32,000 nt of DNA from Candidatus Methanoperedens sp. (GTDB lineage: Archaea > Halobacteriota > Methanosarcinia > Methanosarcinales > Methanoperedenaceae): NCBI GenBank assembly GCA_041494705.1, contig JBGQBI010000001.1, positions 210,001 through 242,000 of the forward strand. The letters are read 5' to 3'. Position 1 is the first letter of the stretch. The number at the start of each line of letters is the position of its first letter. This document shows positions 28,304-32,000 of the stretch, piece after piece. The notes under the pieces are model-generated. The model was not told the origin of the DNA. It saw only the letters and a program-made list of their open reading frames with translations, and made no database searches. Both the position numbers and the translations under genes were made by a program.

Positions 28304-29631
28304 ACGTAAATCTTTTATCCTCTATACATAGGGGAAAGCCTACAAGTCAGATTGTTTTACCTCTAACAACGTCTGCGGATGCTTATGTTCAAAACACCAA
28401 CTTTGACTCGCATTCTTTAGACAGTTCAAAACATGTTACTCTCGTTGAGGTCAAAAATATGGATGATTACCACAAAAACCATAATATCATTCATCTGGAC
28501 TCAATGACTGACCTTACGCGGCCATCGATGGATTATATCAATTACATTTCTGAATATGCGCATCTCGACAAAGCGGCGGCAGCCGTGGCCGCCACATCCG
28601 AGGTCGTGTACTACAATGGCTATAAATGCGAAAGTGGGCACGATGTTTATAACCCTTATTATGTTGGCGGCCCCTATTCCCCATATAAACGGGATAAAGT
28701 TTCGAGCAATTCTGCTTATCGGTTAGCTCATCGCCTATCGAAATTACAAGACCTTTTGCCAAATGAATCTCTTTATAATATTGGTATAGATTTGACGTTC
28801 CCGGATTATGTCAGTAAAATAGCATATCAAGACCCCAAAAAAGCCGAAGCTATCGCTACTAAATGCGTCAATGTTTTTCTAAAATCCCTCTCTAAAGAAA
28901 AGCGGTGGGTTCGTCATAAAGGCCAAAAACTGTTTAATTCTTTCAATGTTCATCTATGGCACAGTCATAACCCTGACTGCGTAGATGAAATTCATACCCC
29001 CACTGTTCCTCATTTACATGTACATTTGAATTTAATAAATGCGGTTTGTGATAGCAAGGATCCTAATTATAAATTAACTCGGTTCAATCCTATTATACCC
29101 AGATATGCGATAAAAGTGGCTTGGCAATATGCTTTATTTAAACAGGGTTTTAATGTTCCCGAACCTGATTTTTATATCCATCATTGTTCTCTAAAACATA
29201 AAGGTAAGTTAACTCATCGGATTCGTTACTGTGGGCGGTCTCCGCTTAATGATTTATATTCTTATTTTAACGATACTAAGTTTGATAAATCTAACGTCCA
29301 AACCACTTTTAATGAGTATTTAGTTAATTACAAAAACCCCAGGCATACATGCGGAGCGTTGCGGTTATTATCAAAGTTGCTTCCGGTTGAAGATATCGAG
29401 GATGAAGAAATCTGTCCGGTGTGTTCTGAAAAATCGGAATATCTCGGTAAAATCACAAAAGATGAAATTCATCAAATGGTGAGTGATGGTTCTGTTTCTG
29501 TTGTACATTGGTCATCACGAAAAAGGCGGTATTTTGCTATCGAAAGGGGTTCTATGGACAGCGTGAGCTATCTTGATTACTTTGATACTTCCGAGTTACA
29601 CGAGGCTCTGGCTTATTCTAATGGGGTATAA
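28300..29631 (+). CDS. Candidate HUH-superfamily rolling-circle replication initiator / IS91 (Y2-transposase)-like protein with a C-terminal CxxC element
   Basis: By-eye motif resemblance. Motif-1-like GIDLTFPD is present. FNVHLWHSHNP...VPHLHVHLNLIN parallels the IS91/pGT5-type VLHTWG...HPHLHxLV block. KLTHRIRYCGRSPLND lies where the YLxRY catalytic-Tyr segment sits. CPVCSE is also present. No Walker A motif seen. Coding status is solid; function is inferred. Confidence 0.5.
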   Translation: MNVNLLSSIHRGKPTSQIVLPLTTSADAYVQNTNFDSHSLDSSKHVTLVEVKNMDDYHKNHNIIHLDSMTDLTRPSMDYINYISEYAHLDKAAAAVAATSEVVYYNGYKCESGHDVYNPYYVGGPYSPYKRDKVSSNSAYRLAHRLSKLQDLLPNESLYNIGIDLTFPDYVSKIAYQDPKKAEAIATKCVNVFLKSLSKEKRWVRHKGQKLFNSFNVHLWHSHNPDCVDEIHTPTVPHLHVHLNLINAVCDSKDPNYKLTRFNPIIPRYAIKVAWQYALFKQGFNVPEPDFYIHHCSLKHKGKLTHRIRYCGRSPLNDLYSYFNDTKFDKSNVQTTFNEYLVNYKNPRHTCGALRLLSKLLPVEDIEDEEICPVCSEKSEYLGKITKDEIHQMVSDGSVSVVHWSSRKRRYFAIERGSMDSVSYLDYFDTSELHEALAYSNGV

Positions 29632-29749
29632 AGTGGGGGCTGTCCATGAATTTCTTTGAATTTTTAAAAACGAAAAGGAAATTAGACCGTCTGTGTATAC
29701 CGATTAAGGGTATAAAATCACGATTGGGTGTGACAAAACATAGAGGTTG

Positions 29750-29779
29750 ATGTACATCTAATGTACATTCAATGTACAT
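29750..29779. promoter_or_regulatory. Three copies of the 8-bp palindrome ATGTACAT at exact 11-bp phasing (iterons/operator)
   Basis: Copies at 29750-29757, 29761-29768 and 29772-29779. Lies between the Rep-like stop (29631) and the ATG at 29793. Confidence 0.65.
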
Positions 29780-29792
29780 GGTGATTTAAAAT

Positions 29793-30206
29793 ATGACTGA
29801 AGTATTCTGTGACTATTGCGGCAATCCCTTTTCTACAAGAGGAATCCGCTTACATAAACTACATTGCAAGGACAGACCAAAAACAACGGAAGTACATGAG
29901 AAGAACGGGATAGTACAACATCAAGAAGAGCGGCCGTTAAATCCATCTACAAGCGTTGTAGATACAAAAATAAAGGCTTCTACATCAGTTGAAGTACTGC
30001 CGGAGAACATCATAAGTACTGAAAAATACGCAGAAACGGAAATTGTACAAAATCAAGAAGAATCGCCGTTAAACCCTTCTACATCTGAAGTACAAACAGA
30101 TGTACAAAAAGACGATTCACAGGGCGATGACGGCGCATGGGTGGCAGGCGGTCTGCTGGGCCTTGGATTGCTTGGTGGCTTAATCGCCTGGATGAGGGGC
30201 CGTTAA
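29793..30206 (+). CDS. Membrane-anchored C2HC zinc-finger protein with an internal ~44-aa repeat
   Basis: N-terminus CDYCGNPFSTRGIRLHKLHC. Repeats are GIVQHQEERPLNPSTSVVDT and EIVQNQEESPLNPSTSEVQT. C-terminal TM helix is GAWVAGGLLGLGLLGGLIAWM. Confidence 0.6.
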   Translation: MTEVFCDYCGNPFSTRGIRLHKLHCKDRPKTTEVHEKNGIVQHQEERPLNPSTSVVDTKIKASTSVEVLPENIISTEKYAETEIVQNQEESPLNPSTSEVQTDVQKDDSQGDDGAWVAGGLLGLGLLGGLIAWMRGR

Positions 30207-30207
30207 A

Positions 30208-30384
30208 ATGCCTGATCCTGTAGTTCATCAAGTACAATGGAAAGTAGATGTTGGTTTAATCGTTGGTGTTATCGTTGTAGGCGCGGGCCTCTTCTGGCTG
30301 GCGCGTGCATTAAAAGACAGCGGGAGTACTACAAAAAACAGCATCAAAAACGCTGCGTTGAAAGCTGTACTTCCAGGGCAATAA
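30208..30384 (+). CDS. Small single-pass membrane protein (58 aa)
   Basis: Translation: MPDPVVHQVQWKVDVGLIVGVIVVGAGLFWLARALKDSGSTTKNSIKNAALKAVLPGQ. The ATG lies 2 nt after the upstream stop. Preferred over the two overlapping track ORFs (30237..30461 +, 30228..30449 -), which lack such features. Confidence 0.45.
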   Translation: MPDPVVHQVQWKVDVGLIVGVIVVGAGLFWLARALKDSGSTTKNSIKNAALKAVLPGQ

Positions 30385-30402
30385 AAAAGAAAACAGAAGG
30401 AT

Positions 30403-30639
30403 TCAACGGGGCTTCGGGAATCCTTCCGATACGCGGGTTTCCAGCGCATCTAAAGAAGTGAAGGGCAACGCATTGATTTTTTCCTTCACATCTTCAAGGC
30501 CATGTTCAAGCAATTTCTGTAAAAATTCATGTAGGCCGATTCCCAGCAGCTCTCCATAAAACCCTGCAAATATCAAGAGTTCCTGGTTAATCTCTAATTC
30601 TACCTTTCCGGTTTTCTTATCCTCGGCCATTGAAATCAC
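30403..30639 (-). CDS. Hypothetical protein (78 aa from GTG; 75 aa from the ATG at 30630)
   Basis: Track ORF and last gene of a three-gene minus-strand module. No family recognised. Confidence 0.5.
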   Translation of the reverse strand: MISMAEDKKTGKVELEINQELLIFAGFYGELLGIGLHEFLQKLLEHGLEDVKEKINALPFTSLDALETRVSEGFPKPR

Positions 30640-30779
30640 ACCCGCCTTACTATTACGGTATCCTGTGGACGTAACCCCAGCCTTGCCCTTGTTGCTTGCT
30701 CGATACCCGGTGTTCGTATATCTTCAGGTATTGCGCCCTCGATGGTCACTGTTACAGGCCCTACATCTTCCCTTACCAT
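30636..30779 (-). CDS. Hypothetical 47-aa protein
   Basis: Translation: MVREDVGPVTVTIEGAIPEDIRTPGIEQATRARLGLRPQDTVIVRRV. Its ATG overlaps the upstream TGA (TGATG), and its stop overlaps the downstream GTG (GTGTGA). Below the track cut-off. Confidence 0.35.
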   Translation of the reverse strand: MVREDVGPVTVTIEGAIPEDIRTPGIEQATRARLGLRPQDTVIVRRV

Positions 30780-31114
30780 CACTGCGCCCCCTCTGACATC
30801 TCCGTCTGCTTTGGTTCTTCCAAAGGCTGCACAACATCGGGGGTATTGGCCGGTGCGAACCGTGCAATTAGCTCCGGTATCGAAGTATAGCCGATGCCTT
30901 GCATAGAGTTTCTTAGCGATTTAATACCGCTATGGAGTGCTTTCTCAAACAGTTTATCCGGCTCCATCCCTATTATATTTGCATAGGCTACAACGGAGTC
31001 CACAGCTTCTTTATCGGTCTTGATTGATACATATAACCGCTTAAACTCGCCGTTTGCGGTTTTTATTTCTAAATTCTGTGCTGTTTTCAGTTCAATATTT
31101 GGTGTGTTTTCCAT
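30779..31114 (-). CDS. Hypothetical protein (111 aa), first gene of the minus-strand module
   Basis: Track ORF, divergent from the second AbrB-like gene. No family recognised. Confidence 0.55.
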   Translation of the reverse strand: MENTPNIELKTAQNLEIKTANGEFKRLYVSIKTDKEAVDSVVAYANIIGMEPDKLFEKALHSGIKSLRNSMQGIGYTSIPELIARFAPANTPDVVQPLEEPKQTEMSEGAQ

Positions 31115-31140
31115 ATTCTTTACCTTCTTTAAGTTCTCTA

Positions 31141-31203
31141 TGGAACTTATAGAACCTATAGAATGGGTTATTATAAATACTTTGTGGAACTTATGGAACT
31201 CAT
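31141..31203. promoter_or_regulatory. Divergent promoter/operator: paired repeats TGGAACTTAT-AGAACCTAT and TGGAACTTAT-GGAACTCAT flanking a TATA box (ttataaat, 31171-31178)
   Basis: The exact 10-mer TGGAACTTAT occurs at 31141-31150 and 31185-31194, each followed by a degenerate copy. The TATA element sits ~24-31 nt upstream of the ATG at 31202, suggesting a leaderless or short-leader transcript. Confidence 0.5.
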
Positions 31204-31348
31204 GGCAATTCTCGGAACTACGAAAGTATCTCAGGGTGGTAAGGTTACTTTGATTGAGTCGGTACGTGAGCGCATCAACGTTAAGGAAGGCGACATTATT
31301 GTTTTTGAGGAGCTATCGAAGGGTAACATTATAATCAGAAAAGGGTAA
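31202..31348 (+). CDS. AbrB/SpoVT-type DNA-binding protein (48 aa)
   Basis: MAILGTTKVSQGGKVTLIESVRERINVKEGDIIVFEELSKGNIIIRKG is a classical AbrB-like layout. Start trimmed from the track's 31163 to the ATG at 31202. Confidence 0.6.
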   Translation: MAILGTTKVSQGGKVTLIESVRERINVKEGDIIVFEELSKGNIIIRKG

Positions 31349-31443
31349 TAATTGGTTACCTTAACTTAAATATGAATTGCTTAACCGAAAAATATAAAGT
31401 TAGCTGTGTAATAGTTACAGCTAAGTGAAGGTAATATCACTTT

Positions 31444-32000
31444 ATGAAAGACCTGTTATCCTGGGACCAGACTTTATTCAAAGACAGCGAGCTTTTCGAG
31501 CTTGACCATATCCCGGAGCATTTTAACCACAGGGATACGCAGATGCAATCACTGATGTACGGCATACGCCCTGCCTTAAGCGGCGGGCGGTCTCTTAATA
31601 GCCTGTGCGTTGGCGCGCCGGGCACTGGTAAAACCACGGCTGTGCTTAAGATTTTCGAGGAAATAGAGAAACACGCGCCTGGAATTGTTCCGATTCTTGT
31701 GAACTGCCAGGTAAATTCCACAAGGTATGCGGTTTTCTCACAGATTTTTAAAAAACTCATTGGATACGCCCCGCCAACTTCAGGCGTTTCCTTCAAAAAG
31801 ATATTCGGCGAAGTTGCAAAACATCTTGCCGAGCGCGAGAAAGTGCTTGTAGTGGCTCTTGACGACATGAATTATCTTTTCTACGAGAACGAGGTAAATG
31901 AGGTGCTTTATTCACTCCTGCGGGCGCATGAAACACATCCGGGGGCGCGGATGGGTGTTATCGCAATACTGAGCGATACCGGGGTTCCGCATATTCTTGA
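31444..32000 (+). CDS. cdc6: Orc1/Cdc6 replication initiator (AAA+), N-terminal 185 codons; continues beyond the window
   Basis: MKDLLSWDQTLFKDSELFELDHIPEHFNHRDTQMQSLMYGIRPAL...LCVGAPGTGKTTAVLKIFEEI (Walker A)...VLVVALDDMNYL (Walker B). Absent from the track because it has no stop in the window. Confidence 0.9.
   Translation, partial: MKDLLSWDQTLFKDSELFELDHIPEHFNHRDTQMQSLMYGIRPALSGGRSLNSLCVGAPGTGKTTAVLKIFEEIEKHAPGIVPILVNCQVNSTRYAVFSQIFKKLIGYAPPTSGVSFKKIFGEVAKHLAEREKVLVVALDDMNYLFYENEVNEVLYSLLRAHETHPGARMGVIAILSDTGVPHIL

Larger units (their letters stand above)
25951..31348. mobile_element. Putative integrated plasmid/virus-like element (~5.4 kb): tyrosine integrase, two AbrB-type regulators, Zn-finger and membrane mini-proteins, HUH/IS91-like Rep candidate. 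Boundaries not defined and it may extend into or past orc1/cdc6.
   Basis: An intact integrase starts the block. The block is visibly more AT-rich than the flanking eno and orc1/cdc6 genes. Genes are short, mostly orphan, and arranged in tightly coupled modules with iteron and palindrome clusters. No convincing att direct repeats were found by eye. Confidence 0.6.

Noticed and set aside
30228-30461. Track ORFs 30237..30461 (+) and 30228..30449 (-)
   Set aside because: They are mutually overlapping and featureless (Arg/Cys-rich). The alternative 58-aa frame (30208-30384) has a clean TM helix and starts 2 nt after the upstream stop, so it is the better candidate. Even that call is only moderate confidence.
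31437-31868. 143-aa minus-strand ORF
   Set aside because: Antisense shadow of the orc1/cdc6 gene, whose Walker A/B motifs are clear on the plus strand.

Overview
Archaeal chromosomal segment, most consistent with a Methanosarcinales-type methane-metabolising organism. It carries Mer, membrane-bound HdrDE, an FpoF/FrhB-like protein, stand-alone McrC, the YcaO-TfuA pair, aEF-1beta, Orc1/Cdc6 and a tRNA-Ala without encoded CCA. Roughly 50 protein genes are supportable, with no rRNA and no CRISPR array.

Layout:
- 1-16.4 kb: housekeeping and methanogenesis genes (ftsZ, ycaO-tfuA, GGR-family reductase, hdrED, aEF-1beta, tRNA-Ala, mer, fpoF-like, NMN adenylyltransferase).
- 16.5-17.7 kb: a DUF433/PIN-like toxin-antitoxin cassette bracketed by a ~155-bp duplication of the 3' end of a ferredoxin:disulfide-reductase gene.
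- 18.2-24.3 kb: one long minus-strand array with stop/start overlaps through much of it: rubrerythrin-like, AhpD-like, ferritin-like, mcrC, two Cys-rich paralogues, porGD-A-B, glutaredoxin-like, wHTH.
- 24.5-25.8 kb: enolase.
- ~25.95-31.35 kb: an AT-rich integrated element with a tyrosine integrase, two AbrB-type regulators, zinc-finger and membrane mini-proteins, and a 443-aa protein with HUH/IS91-like motifs.
- 31.4 kb to the window end: orc1/cdc6 (partial).

Observations I consider most worth follow-up:
1. A ~200-bp hairpin-packed module between ycaO and tfuA. It is also a 67-codon ORF joined to both neighbours by ATGA overlaps.
2. Three unrelated-in-sequence but architecturally identical gene-3'-end hairpins. 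Each has three 7-nt units at 9-nt spacing in each arm.
3. The integrase plus HUH-Rep-like element with phased ATGTACAT iterons.
4. The duplication-flanked TA cassette, which creates a stand-alone mini-rubredoxin ORF.

All functional calls come from reading the translations by eye. No database search was run.
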